DNA of 64,000 nt from Candidatus Yanofskybacteria bacterium RIFCSPHIGHO2_01_FULL_41_26. GTDB lineage: Bacteria; Patescibacteriota; Minisyncoccia; 2-02-FULL-40-12; GWA2-44-9. Shown here piece after piece: positions 22,752 to 33,029 of this stretch; within the stretch, counting starts at the first letter, position 1, and each line of letters starts with the position of its first letter. Made by a program: the position numbers and the translations under genes. The notes beneath the pieces are model-generated. The model saw only the letters and a program-made list of their open reading frames with translations, ran no database searches and was not told where the DNA came from. The stretch covers positions 1,124 through 65,123 of the forward strand of contig MGJB01000012.1 in assembly GCA_001794055.1 (NCBI GenBank), given 5' to 3'.

Positions 22752-23467
22752 GGCCTTTTCCTGAGGCTGCCCTGGCCTCCCTCCTCGCCTTCTTTGTCTC
22801 CGCCTTTCTTGTCCTTGTCATTCGGTACAGGCACCGGAGGACCATTCTTGTCTTTAATGGGTCCGAGGATGAATTTCGGCCTTGGTCCCTGTTGAGGATT
22901 CTTAAGGGCTTCCTCAGCATCCTTTTTATTCGTCACCAGATCGTAATTCCAAACCCGGTCAAAACATTTGTTATTGACAACGCCCGAATCAAGACAGTTT
23001 CTCAAAGCCTTCTCGAAATAAGAAGCGATTTCGGGGAGAGCATTAAGGGCACCCTTGATATCGCCGCTCTGATGGCGGGTTTGGGCCTGTCTGAATTTTG
23101 CATTTCCGTAAATATACGCCCTAGGATCATCCAACTTATCTTTCAGGTCGCTCTTTACCAATGCCTCCCAGTCATGAATCAAATAGAAATTGGCAAACTC
23201 GTAGAACGGCGAGTCCCCGAACAAATATTTATCAGCCCAGAATTGAACTTTCCATTTCTTGCTTAGGTCGTAAAAATAATGAAGACGGACGAGTTCCTGG
23301 TTGGTTGCAACCGAGTCGCTCATTTTTATGTTGGAAACAAGGCGTTCCCTCGTATCGCTGTAGTTCGCAAGCGTGAATAAGATCGCGCTTGAAACTGTTC
23401 CGATGCCGGCAATTAATAGGAGAATCGCAAAAAGAAAAAGCCGCTGGCCAAGAGTTCTGCCTCTCAT
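22748..23467 (-). CDS. TPR-like membrane protein (BatC/MxaK-like)
   Basis: N-terminal TM, YIYGNAKFRQA, WNYDL, charged low-complexity tail; position between two vWA genes. Confidence 0.55.
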   Translation of the reverse strand: MRGRTLGQRLFLFAILLLIAGIGTVSSAILFTLANYSDTRERLVSNIKMSDSVATNQELVRLHYFYDLSKKWKVQFWADKYLFGDSPFYEFANFYLIHDWEALVKSDLKDKLDDPRAYIYGNAKFRQAQTRHQSGDIKGALNALPEIASYFEKALRNCLDSGVVNNKCFDRVWNYDLVTNKKDAEEALKNPQQGPRPKFILGPIKDKNGPPVPVPNDKDKKGGDKEGEEGGQGSLRKRP

Positions 23468-23567
23468 ATTGCCTTCCTGTTTTTATTAAAATTTAAAGAT
23501 TCTTAAGTATAAATATAAAATTAAAATAATAAATAGTCAAATAAAAACCCCCACATAAAATGGAGGG

Positions 23568-24719
23568 CTACGGGTCTTCGCCCCAACGTTCAACAATCAA
23601 ACCCGTTCCTACAGCCAGAAACAAAATTACAACACTAAGTAGAAGCGGCCTTTGATAAATAAATATCCTCAACAGGTGCCGAGTGATCTTAGTCGGAGAT
23701 TTTTCCAATTTATCGATATCCCGATAAGCCCTGCCCAGACTTTTGGAATCATAGACGCTATAAAATTTAAATCCGTATCTTTCGATCTGCTGTTGAAAAT
23801 TAACAGCACTGAGAAGCTTATTTCCATTACCGGCCCTTTTCTCCCCATCCTCATTGGGCTTAGTGTGCAAAATATAAACATTGATCTTTCTTTTTTTAAG
23901 TTCTTTTAACTGGATTTCGGGATCGGCATCGATGGCCATGTCAGTTTCGATGAACAGAATCCTCTGTTTTATTTTTTTGTCGCTACTGACATCAAAATGT
24001 TTTATGACAGCATTTAAAGCGGCGACAAGATCCGTGCCGCCTCCGTTCATGACCATTTTAATTCTGTCTCTCGGTGCAACAATATGGAGCTGGGCATTGT
24101 TCGGATCGTTTTCCGGAAGCAAAGCATTGCCCGGATCAGTCACCACATAAGGCATGTCCTCGGCCTGCATCATATAAATATCATCGTCGGTAATGAAATC
24201 TTCAACCATAGTCGGCGCTCCAGCAAAATACCAGAGAGAACACCGGTCATTCTGGCCTTTTCTCATTTCAAGAAACTTCATGAAAGATTTATGAGTAATT
24301 TCCGCGACCGATTTATTCGTATTTTCATACGGCCATCCTTTGGATGGAGAAACATCCAGAAGATGTATCCATTCTATCGATTCGATATGCTCATCTATTT
24401 TAGTTTTGGATAAATACGGATTGGCCACAGCTAAGAGGAGGAAGAAGATCGCCCAGGCAAGAAAAATCTTGGGAACTAAACAGATCAATTTAACTGTATT
24501 GCTGCGCCAATATTTTTTAGGAATAGCATGGCCGGAATAAGGACGCCTAAATTTGTTCTTGCCCCAGAGCAACTTGTAAAGCAATGCCACAATAAGAAAA
24601 AGGCCCGCCCCAATGGCGGGGCCTAATGAAAGATACTGGACCTGATTGAAGTCGGTGTCCCGTAAAATTACCAGTCCCGACTTTACTAACTTAATAAGTT
24701 CATTGGCCTTATTAAGCAT
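23568..24719 (-). CDS. vWA-domain membrane protein (BatA/MxaC-like)
   Basis: LAVANP, degenerate MIDAS DVSPS, GGTDL..AL, YRDIDKLEKS. Confidence 0.75.
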   Translation of the reverse strand: MLNKANELIKLVKSGLVILRDTDFNQVQYLSLGPAIGAGLFLIVALLYKLLWGKNKFRRPYSGHAIPKKYWRSNTVKLICLVPKIFLAWAIFFLLLAVANPYLSKTKIDEHIESIEWIHLLDVSPSKGWPYENTNKSVAEITHKSFMKFLEMRKGQNDRCSLWYFAGAPTMVEDFITDDDIYMMQAEDMPYVVTDPGNALLPENDPNNAQLHIVAPRDRIKMVMNGGGTDLVAALNAVIKHFDVSSDKKIKQRILFIETDMAIDADPEIQLKELKKRKINVYILHTKPNEDGEKRAGNGNKLLSAVNFQQQIERYGFKFYSVYDSKSLGRAYRDIDKLEKSPTKITRHLLRIFIYQRPLLLSVVILFLAVGTGLIVERWGEDP

Positions 24720-25836
24720 GAGAAATCCTTAAAGAATTCAGAAAGGCTTCCCTAAATTTTATCCAAAAACCTGCCCCCTCAACAATATTCAATAATGCCT
24801 GGATCTCCAACCGTGGTTCAGTAAAATGAACTAACCGTCCGGATTCCATATCTTCGTAATAATTCTTGAGCTTTTCGGCCAAAGAAGCAAAAGCCTTATA
24901 CTTCAAGCCCATCGCTTCCTTCTGTTTTTCTCGAAGACCGAGCAAGCGTTTGAACAATTCGGCCGGAGTATCGGATGTTAGAGGCTTGACCGGAGTCCCG
25001 GAAAGCTCAACCAAAACCAATTCCCTCAAAAGAGAAAATACTTTTTTTTCGAGTTCCACTGATGAAACATCGGTGCCCTTGGCTTCCAAAAGCTTTTTCA
25101 GTTCCCGAAGAAATTTTCTTCTGGCCTTCTTGGGTAGAATATCAGGAACAATTTCAACAACAACCTCCGCCGTAATTTCACTGGATTTGTTTTCGCTGGC
25201 CTTTTTATCCTTGCTCTTTCCAAAATACACCCAAGCAATTAAAACAATTAGTAGCGACATCGAGGAAGCGGCGATAATGGCATACCCAGCATTGCGAAGT
25301 GTTCCTCCGCTCCACCTAAAGAGTTGGAAGACTATTTCGTCTCTGATATTCAGAGGGGGTGGCTTAACCGGAGAGTAGACATATCGTACCCCCACTTCAT
25401 CAGTGGGTATCTCCTTGGGCTCACTACTCTCTTTTGCGTTGACCTCGGTCGTACCGGCTTTCTTGATAACCCAAATAAAGTTAAAGGACGGAAGTTTCTT
25501 GTCGCCTTTTTCGGGCTTGATGATCCTGAAAGTGTAAATAAAATCTTTGACGTGAACGATACCAGAATCGGCATTACCCTGATCGGGCAAAACTACCACT
25601 TCAAGCTTGATCACCTCGAATGGATCAGCCTTGATATTTTCCGGCTGCATCTGTTCGTCCAAGATAAGGACTTCATCATAGAATTGTGCCCGATAGGTAA
25701 TCCTGAACGGCTCGCCAGTTCTGACAACGCTCGGTGTCGGCTGACCGGTTTTAACCACGATCGGAGAAAACTCCTGAGCCAAAATTGGTGTAGAAACCAA
25801 AAGAACAAACGCGCATAGAAGAGGTCGGTATTGCAT
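24712..25836 (-). CDS. Secreted/membrane protein (BatD/MxaA-like)
   Basis: Signal peptide, VRTGEPF, beta-rich domain, TM helix; cluster position. Confidence 0.55.
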   Translation of the reverse strand: MQYRPLLCAFVLLVSTPILAQEFSPIVVKTGQPTPSVVRTGEPFRITYRAQFYDEVLILDEQMQPENIKADPFEVIKLEVVVLPDQGNADSGIVHVKDFIYTFRIIKPEKGDKKLPSFNFIWVIKKAGTTEVNAKESSEPKEIPTDEVGVRYVYSPVKPPPLNIRDEIVFQLFRWSGGTLRNAGYAIIAASSMSLLIVLIAWVYFGKSKDKKASENKSSEITAEVVVEIVPDILPKKARRKFLRELKKLLEAKGTDVSSVELEKKVFSLLRELVLVELSGTPVKPLTSDTPAELFKRLLGLREKQKEAMGLKYKAFASLAEKLKNYYEDMESGRLVHFTEPRLEIQALLNIVEGAGFWIKFREAFLNSLRISHA

Positions 25837-25937
25837 TGATTGTTCCGCTAAATGTAAAAGTTCTTGCCGCTAAACATAATAAAAAAAGACGCATTAGTCA
25901 ATGCATCTTAGCCTAAGGTCATTTTGTCAAATCGACC

Positions 25938-26873
25938 TTATCTGTGCCGGCTTTGAAGTTTATGCCGGGCGGTAAAAAACCTATACAACCTATTGAAGTG
26001 GCGCCCATTGGCTCCATATTCCAAAACCACACAATCGATGCCCATTCTTTGCAGCTGTTTTTTTCGAAGATAGCGGCGCCGTGCTCTCAAATCCCGCTCT
26101 ATTTCCGGAAGGTCTTTCCTGGAAACACTCACCCGCTTACCACTCTCCGGATCGTCAAGAGATACGTATCCGCTTCCTCTAGCCGAAAGGAATTCAAGCG
26201 GATCGTCCAGAAAAATAAAGATCAATTCATGTCTTGAGGCAACATGCCTCAACAACGGAGAATCAACGACTTTTTCAAACCCGACAAAATCAGAGATCAC
26301 TGGAATGAAACAAGGTTTATTGCAACATCTTCTGATAAAATCCAAGGCGGCAAGAAAATCCGTTTTAGCCGGCAGCAATTTTTTCTTGGCTGGATCATTA
26401 CTCTCCAAAAGATCATAAACCGTTTTTAGATAATAGTAAAAATTGCTCCGGCCGGTTTTGTCCGGCATATCAAGAACTACTCTATCGGTAAAACCGATAA
26501 CTCCGACCGGATCCATAAAGCGAACTGCAGTTAATCCGATAAAGCCGACTGCTTCAAGAAGCATTCTTCTTCTATTGTGATCAATGCCCGCATAGATAGA
26601 CTGGCTTAAATCCACAAGAAATTTAACATGCGTTTCGTGAGCCTCGATACACCTCCGGGCATATTCAGTATCTTCATCGCCATCCAAGTCGATCTTCATG
26701 TTAGGCATATCGACATCAGGATCAAATTCTTTGATATCAAAGAAATCGCCCTGACCAAAGAACAAACTCTTGTGTTCTCCCAGACGAATCCGCGACGACA
26801 GTCTTAATGCCGGAATGCCTCCTCTTATATGAGTAAGGGCCGATAAGACATCCTTGAATTCCAAATCTCTCAT
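25938..26873 (-). CDS. DUF58 family protein
   Basis: GEHKSLFFGQGDFFDIKEF, LVDLSQS, VISDF, DPLE; directly after MoxR. Confidence 0.85.
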   Translation of the reverse strand: MRDLEFKDVLSALTHIRGGIPALRLSSRIRLGEHKSLFFGQGDFFDIKEFDPDVDMPNMKIDLDGDEDTEYARRCIEAHETHVKFLVDLSQSIYAGIDHNRRRMLLEAVGFIGLTAVRFMDPVGVIGFTDRVVLDMPDKTGRSNFYYYLKTVYDLLESNDPAKKKLLPAKTDFLAALDFIRRCCNKPCFIPVISDFVGFEKVVDSPLLRHVASRHELIFIFLDDPLEFLSARGSGYVSLDDPESGKRVSVSRKDLPEIERDLRARRRYLRKKQLQRMGIDCVVLEYGANGRHFNRLYRFFTARHKLQSRHR

Positions 26874-28027
26874 GGCAAAACTGTCTCGGCCACTATCCTT
26901 TGAACAACATCTCCAGAAGAAATATTTTCGTTCATTGCCTTTGGATGAAGACGGATAACATGCTCCATGGTTAATGGAGCTACTGCCTTTACATCATCAA
27001 CCTCAGCAACAACCCTGTCCAAACTTTTGATCTCTTTATCATCCTCGAGGAAAAGACGCATCAGGCGGTGGGTTAAAGCGGCCATTTGCATATGGTAATT
27101 CCTTCTCCGGGAACAACCAGTGATAACATACTCCTCAATGAACTTGACCATATCCGGATTGGTGTGACGTTTTCTCGATTCTTTGAAACGATACATGTCT
27201 CTGGAAGGTGGCCACGAATTCTCGATGTGGCGCATGATGAGTTCATCGGCCTGGGGAGACAACTTGATTCTCTTCACCATTTCCTGAATATCTAGAACTT
27301 GTCCCAAATTCATAACCACTTTCACTTCTTTGTTTACAACGTTCTCAAACCTGATCATCATTTCCTGCTCGCGCGAAGGAGCACCCATCCCGAAAGAATA
27401 TGTAAACCTGTCCATCTGGGCTTCCGAGAGAGGGTAGGTTCCTTCAAATTCAATTCCATTCATCGTTGCAAAAACGATGAAAAACATCCGCTTTTCATCC
27501 GGATCATCAGAAATTGGATAAAGAGGAAACATTGTTGGCATAAGAAAACCATCTTTCTCATGGCTTACGTTCAGAATGACATGAGCTCCCTCCATTGCAC
27601 CAAGCATGGGAGCCTGACTCTTGGGAGGAGTTCTGTCGATTTCATCGGCAAAAAAGATGTTGCTAAAAAGCGGCCCGCGCAAAATGGTCCTGATGCCAGT
27701 AAACTTATCTCTTTCTTCTTTTCCTGTTAGATCAAATGGGAGAGTATCGGGTCTCCCATCAACCCTACCAAGCTTGGCGCTTAAAGAATCTGAAACATAA
27801 TTGAACATCGCTGTTTTTCCGGTTCCAGGGAGATCTTTGACAAGAGTGTGAGCGCAGGACCAGCCCTTTCGCTTCTTGCTGTCTCTTAGGAGAGGCGTAT
27901 AGATTGCCAAATTGGTTCGGAAAATCGCCTGATCTGCTCCAAACAAAACTTTAGCTGGCTGCTCCATCGCTTCTTTTACTAAAGGTCTTGCTTCGTTGGG
28001 ATCAATCAGAGATGTGATTAGAGCCAC
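26870..28027 (-). CDS. MoxR-family AAA+ ATPase
   Basis: DLPGTGKT, ADEIDRTPPKSQ, EGTYPLSEAQMDRF. Confidence 0.92.
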   Translation of the reverse strand: MALITSLIDPNEARPLVKEAMEQPAKVLFGADQAIFRTNLAIYTPLLRDSKKRKGWSCAHTLVKDLPGTGKTAMFNYVSDSLSAKLGRVDGRPDTLPFDLTGKEERDKFTGIRTILRGPLFSNIFFADEIDRTPPKSQAPMLGAMEGAHVILNVSHEKDGFLMPTMFPLYPISDDPDEKRMFFIVFATMNGIEFEGTYPLSEAQMDRFTYSFGMGAPSREQEMMIRFENVVNKEVKVVMNLGQVLDIQEMVKRIKLSPQADELIMRHIENSWPPSRDMYRFKESRKRHTNPDMVKFIEEYVITGCSRRRNYHMQMAALTHRLMRLFLEDDKEIKSLDRVVAEVDDVKAVAPLTMEHVIRLHPKAMNENISSGDVVQRIVAETVLP

Positions 28028-28061
28028 TTTTTACTTCTCATTTTCAATGAGCATTTTCGAT

Positions 28062-28123
28062 AGCATAATTAAAAAAACAAACGCTGTCAATCAATTGACA
28101 ATCATCAAATGTCCTTGTAAGGT
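28062..28123. promoter_or_regulatory. Back-to-back divergent sigma70 promoters
   Basis: Minus strand TTGACA-N17-TATGCT (28090-28062); plus strand TTGACA-N17-TAAGGT (28095-28123). Confidence 0.6.
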
Positions 28124-28157
28124 TACAACCAATCAGGCTCATTAAAAAGAGGTTATT

Positions 28158-29657
28158 GTGCTAAGAAAACTTCTGCTGTTCGCGATGCTCTTCATAATTT
28201 TCGCGGGCAGGAACAGCGGTTCCGATAGAATCCTACAATCTCCGATCCTCGATACAAAAAGTCTCAAGAATTGGTTTGCCCAGGATCTCAAATTCAACAT
28301 AGAACCGGTAACTATGCGCGACCTGCTCAACAGTCCCGGCTCTGATTGGCTTGTTTACCATGGAGACTATAAAGCCAGTCACTATAGTCCTTTGACAAAA
28401 ATAGATCGGGACAATATCAAAACTTTGGTCCCGAAATGGACCTACAAAATAAATGACGGGGCAAATTTGCGTTCCTCCCCTATTATTAGTCATGGGGTAA
28501 TGTTCGTCACAGCCGCCAATGAAGTCCATGCCCTGGATGTTTCAACGGGACAATGGCTATGGAAGTGGCAGGCTTATCTAGAGCGAAGCAAGGGAATAAA
28601 TCGCGGCATTGCGATCTATGAGAACAAAATATTTTTCTCCACTTCCGATTGCCAACTGGTCGCCTTAAACAGAGAGACCGGAAATCTTCTGTGGTCGGTA
28701 AAATATGTCGACAGTCAAAACAGATTTTTCTCAACCATGGCTCCGCTAGTCATCAAAGATAAGATTTTTCTTGGTGTCGCCAACAACAACAGCGGAGAAA
28801 GCGGTTTTGTTGCCGCTTTCTCAACTTCCGACGGAAAAGAGTTATGGCGATTTCAAACCCTACCCGCCCAAACCGAACTTCGGGGAGCGCCAACTTGGCT
28901 GACGGGAAGCTACGATCCGACCACCGATACGATCTATTGGGCCGTCGGAACTCTGCCCGACGATCAGAGAGCCAATCCCAAATCTTACAAGACACCGGGT
29001 GCTTATCACGACAGCATTATTGCTCTCGATGCTAAAAACGGCCGCCTCAAATGGTCAACAAGATTAGCCGAATACATGCCGATAGATTGGGATTCCAACG
29101 AGCCTCTGGTCTTGACGGAGATGAATAATAAAAATCTCCTTCTCCAAGCAAATCGAAACGGACTGTTTTATTCGATGGACAGAATAACCGGCAAAATTAA
29201 TTTTTCGAAGTCCTTTGTCAAAAAAATCGATTGGACAAATAAGAAAAAGATTTGTCCGTCAGTGCGCGGAGCCACGAATTGGATGCCCCCTTCGTTCAGC
29301 CCTTTAACCGGCTTGTTCTATGTAATGACTCTCGAAGGATGCGTTGGCGAAGATAATTCCTTCTACATAACCGCCCTGGATCCAACCGACGCAAACATCA
29401 AATGGACCTATCCGACTAGAGGAACCAACATTGCCGCTCCGGGCCTATTGGCTACCGGCGGAAATATTGTCCTGGGCTCGGAAGGTTCGGGACACATGGT
29501 CGCCCTTGATGCGGTAACCGGAAAAAAATTATGGGATTTCAGTACCGGAAAACCCATGTTCGGGGCTCCGGTAACATATCTGACAAATGGCCGACAATAC
29601 ATAACCATGGTTGCCGGCTCGGATGTATATACTTTTGGACTCTATTCAGCACGATAA
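28158..29657 (+). CDS. PQQ-dependent dehydrogenase-like beta-propeller protein
   Basis: DWLVYHG, YSPL.KI, repeated ALD..TG..LW motifs, GATNW.P.SFSP.TGL, GRQYI. Confidence 0.88.
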   Translation: MLRKLLLFAMLFIIFAGRNSGSDRILQSPILDTKSLKNWFAQDLKFNIEPVTMRDLLNSPGSDWLVYHGDYKASHYSPLTKIDRDNIKTLVPKWTYKINDGANLRSSPIISHGVMFVTAANEVHALDVSTGQWLWKWQAYLERSKGINRGIAIYENKIFFSTSDCQLVALNRETGNLLWSVKYVDSQNRFFSTMAPLVIKDKIFLGVANNNSGESGFVAAFSTSDGKELWRFQTLPAQTELRGAPTWLTGSYDPTTDTIYWAVGTLPDDQRANPKSYKTPGAYHDSIIALDAKNGRLKWSTRLAEYMPIDWDSNEPLVLTEMNNKNLLLQANRNGLFYSMDRITGKINFSKSFVKKIDWTNKKKICPSVRGATNWMPPSFSPLTGLFYVMTLEGCVGEDNSFYITALDPTDANIKWTYPTRGTNIAAPGLLATGGNIVLGSEGSGHMVALDAVTGKKLWDFSTGKPMFGAPVTYLTNGRQYITMVAGSDVYTFGLYSAR

Positions 29658-29699
29658 TTTGTGCTGTTTTTTTTAATAAAAAATTCCCTAACGGGAACT

Positions 29700-30623
29700 T
29701 TATCTTACTGTTCTGGCATATTCATAAAGATCATTGACTGTGTATATAGGCGTTACCAAAATTGTATCTGAAACTATTATTAATGCTTTTTTGCTAATCA
29801 ACTGGTCCCTTTTATCATATTCCAATCTTTCCGGTCTTTCAGCTGTTATAATTCCAAAAGCCTCTTTTTCTCCGTTTTTATTAACTTTTATAACGACTCC
29901 TCCGCTCAATCCACCAAAAGAAAATTTATGATTTCTCTTTGTAATAACCTTTATATATTCGTTAGTCCGAAATTTAAGCTCCTTCTCTGGACTTGATTCA
30001 TTCTCGTCGGTGTTAATATGGACATCAACATCAACCACAACAGCCTCCAAATTATCAAACACGACCTCTCTCTGTCTTGCGGGGTCAGCTTCTCTCAATT
30101 CATAGAATGTTCTAAATATTGGCAAAATTAAATCCTTGAAACCTTCAGTTGCGTTGGACGTTGTAATTTCAGAAGGATGAGGATGAAATCCTTGGATGAA
30201 AACAGCATCGCCTATCCTTAGTTTTGTGGTTGCTATTTTATACGGCGTCAGCAATTCCGCAGAGTTGAAAGGTTCAAATATTTTTAAAATCACAGCATCT
30301 CTCAATGGCGGAACTTGAACGACAACACAAGTATAAACTCGGCCGCTCAAAAATACCTTGCACTGATTGGCCCCCAATTCAATTATGTCGTTCATGAATG
30401 TATCGGTAAAATGCTTAGCACTAAACAATGTTCCATTACCGCCATCAATAAGCCAACCGGAGGCCAAAATCCTCGGCTTGCCCGCCCACTCGTTGGTCAA
30501 AAATGCCACCGGAACATTCAAACCACTCGGAAAACGCCCTTCTTTGCGGTAAATATTATCAGCCGGAGGCGGGCCACAGGCATAAACAACAAACAACAGA
30601 AAAACTAGAAGCATTTTTATCAT
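29700..30623 (-). CDS. Trypsin-like serine protease lipoprotein
   Basis: Lipobox YAC, SAKH, D, GGLSGG; start set at MIKML. Confidence 0.65.
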   Translation of the reverse strand: MIKMLLVFLLFVVYACGPPPADNIYRKEGRFPSGLNVPVAFLTNEWAGKPRILASGWLIDGGNGTLFSAKHFTDTFMNDIIELGANQCKVFLSGRVYTCVVVQVPPLRDAVILKIFEPFNSAELLTPYKIATTKLRIGDAVFIQGFHPHPSEITTSNATEGFKDLILPIFRTFYELREADPARQREVVFDNLEAVVVDVDVHINTDENESSPEKELKFRTNEYIKVITKRNHKFSFGGLSGGVVIKVNKNGEKEAFGIITAERPERLEYDKRDQLISKKALIIVSDTILVTPIYTVNDLYEYARTVR

Positions 30624-30673
30624 GAGAGTCTCACTTTTCAAATAGCTAAAAATATCGTATAATAATAGCCCCA

Positions 30674-32032
30674 ATGAATCAAGCCGTATTAAAAAAACAC
30701 GCATCCACATTTCCCAAAATACCTGGCGTTTATATTTTCAAAAATTCGAATAATAAATTGTTATACATAGGCAAAGCTGCCAGTTTAAAAAGCAGAATTA
30801 GTTCATACCTAAAAACAAATGATTTCAGGATTAAAAAAATGCTTGAATTGGCTCGGTCGCTTGGATTTATTAGTACTCCATCAGAAATTGAAGCCTTAAT
30901 TCTGGAATCTCAATTAATCAAAAAATTCCAACCCGCGTTCAATATAACGCTTCGTGATGACAAACAGTATTTTTATGTGGTTTTCACGAAAGAAAAATTT
31001 CCCAAAATTTTTATTTCACATCAACCGCACATATTTAAATATCTAAATATTGAAGTATCGGATTCTGTTGGCCCATTCACTGACGGAGGTGCCCTAAAAA
31101 CAGCTCTGCGTGTTCTGCGCTCAATATTCCCTTATTGCACCTGCAAACAAACTCATCACAATTTCTGTTTGAATTACCATATTGATAAATGTCTCGGATT
31201 TTGTTGTTTAAAAAAACCAAGCCCGGAGACCCAAGGTCGAACCTTAGATTCATATCTGAAAAACATAGAAGCAATCAAAGACATTTTGAGCGGAAAAAAG
31301 AGTTCGCTTATTAAAAAACTTGAAAAAGAAATGAGGAAATCAGCTCAAAATGGTAATTTAGAAAAAGCCATTGAATTGAGAAAAAAAATATCAAACCTAA
31401 AGAGGATTTTCGAAAACGCTAAAATAATAAAAAGCTTCAAAATCTTAGAAGCTCACCATTCAGACTTAGAATCATTATTAAAAATTCAAAAACCAATAAC
31501 CAGAATTGAAGGTTATGATGTTTCCAATATCCAGGGTGCCCATGCCGTCGGTTCCATGGTGACATTTGTTCATGGCCAACCGGACAAAAATTTCTACCGC
31601 AAATTCAAAATTAAAAAAACCAACAAAAAAGAGGAGGGCGATTTATTTCACGATCGTAGTAAAAACACAACTTACGGCGGAGACACAGGAATGTTAAAAG
31701 AAATACTTGAAAGACGCTTTAAACATGAGGAATGGCCATTCCCTGATTTAGTATTGATAGATGGAGGGAAAGCCCAACTGAACGTTGCGCGTTCAGTAAT
31801 TTCCAATTATTATACCACACTTTTAAAAAAACAAAGGGCACCTTTATTAATTGCATTGGCTAAAAATAAAAAACATGTCGGTGAAAAAATATTTATTTCC
31901 GGAAGAAAAAATCCGCTTCCATTAACCAAACTCTCCTCTTCCGACAGAAATCTCCTCCTCCACATAGATTCCGAAGCCCACCGGTTTGCGATAGGATATT
32001 ACAGAAGACTTCACAGAAAATTGTTTAAGTAG
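30674..32032 (+). CDS. uvrC: UvrC-like excinuclease (GIY-YIG, UVR and RNase H-like domains; no C-terminal HhH)
   Basis: PGVYIF, YIGKA, EALILE, RIEGYDVSN, LIDGGKAQ, EAHRFAI. Confidence 0.88.
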   Translation: MNQAVLKKHASTFPKIPGVYIFKNSNNKLLYIGKAASLKSRISSYLKTNDFRIKKMLELARSLGFISTPSEIEALILESQLIKKFQPAFNITLRDDKQYFYVVFTKEKFPKIFISHQPHIFKYLNIEVSDSVGPFTDGGALKTALRVLRSIFPYCTCKQTHHNFCLNYHIDKCLGFCCLKKPSPETQGRTLDSYLKNIEAIKDILSGKKSSLIKKLEKEMRKSAQNGNLEKAIELRKKISNLKRIFENAKIIKSFKILEAHHSDLESLLKIQKPITRIEGYDVSNIQGAHAVGSMVTFVHGQPDKNFYRKFKIKKTNKKEEGDLFHDRSKNTTYGGDTGMLKEILERRFKHEEWPFPDLVLIDGGKAQLNVARSVISNYYTTLLKKQRAPLLIALAKNKKHVGEKIFISGRKNPLPLTKLSSSDRNLLLHIDSEAHRFAIGYYRRLHRKLFK

Positions 32033-33029
32033 GTTTCGCCTTATCACATTCGCCAATCACAATCTTTCTCAATTTATAAGCATTACCGTGAGACAAAAGA
32101 CCTCGATAAGAATTTATTGTTTCTGGTTTTGAACTTTCTTTAATTCTTTTAAACATTCTTCTTTTGGTAGCCGTCCTCAAAACCCTATGATCCAGAAAAT
32201 GCACCCAACCCAGAAAATCCACTCCCGAAGAAAGAGTTTTGATGAATACTTTGTCGGGATGAATATTGAGCTTCAAATGTTCTGAAAGAAAATCCGCTAT
32301 TTTGGGCAATAATTCCTCAAGCCATAATTTATCCTGTGACATAATCACAAAATCATCAGCATAACGGATATAGTATCTCGCCTTGAGTTTGTGTTTAATA
32401 AATTGATCAAATTTATTCATATAAATATTCACGAACAGTTGAGAAGTTAAATTGCCCAATGGCAGTCCTGTTCCGACTCTTACTGAAAAACTATCTATAA
32501 TAACCCAGAGAAGGAACAAGATTTTTTCATCCGATATATAACTTTTTAAGACTGCTTTCAAAGTATCGTGGTTCACGGATGCAAAGAACTTACGAATATC
32601 ACACTTCAAAACCCAAATCGTCTTTTTGTTATTCTCTGAAATTTTATAAAAAAACTTACGAAATTTATCCATTGCCTTGTAGGTGGCTTTGTCATACCGG
32701 CAGGAATATGAGTCAGAAATAAATGTCCTATCAAAAAATGGGTACAAAAACCTGTATAGTGCCCTGTGAAGAACCCTGTCTCGAACAGAGGCCTTGTGTA
32801 TATTTCTCGGTTTTGGGTCTGATATTTTAAAAGCTTCATAGCCATAATGTCGACATGACATCACAACTAAATCATTATGAAGATTCATAATATTAGCCAT
32901 CAGATCCCGCTCAAATTCCTGGACATCTTTGCGTTTTTTCTTGCCTATGATAAACTCCTTCCACGCCTCAAGCAGATTATCAATACTAACTATATCGTTA
33001 TATTTATGAGTGAATTTAATTCTAGACAT
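32025..33029 (-). CDS. DGR reverse transcriptase
   Basis: KPRNI, RDRVLHRA, LKCDIRKFF, GLPLGNLTSQ, YIRYADDF, VDFLG; no maturase or endonuclease domain. Confidence 0.95.
   Translation of the reverse strand: MSRIKFTHKYNDIVSIDNLLEAWKEFIIGKKKRKDVQEFERDLMANIMNLHNDLVVMSCRHYGYEAFKISDPKPRNIHKASVRDRVLHRALYRFLYPFFDRTFISDSYSCRYDKATYKAMDKFRKFFYKISENNKKTIWVLKCDIRKFFASVNHDTLKAVLKSYISDEKILFLLWVIIDSFSVRVGTGLPLGNLTSQLFVNIYMNKFDQFIKHKLKARYYIRYADDFVIMSQDKLWLEELLPKIADFLSEHLKLNIHPDKVFIKTLSSGVDFLGWVHFLDHRVLRTATKRRMFKRIKESSKPETINSYRGLLSHGNAYKLRKIVIGECDKAKPT

Noticed and set aside
32025-33029. Group II intron, retron or CRISPR-associated RT
   Set aside because: No maturase domain, intron ends or cas genes; the adenine-specific TR/VR pair and Avd identify a DGR
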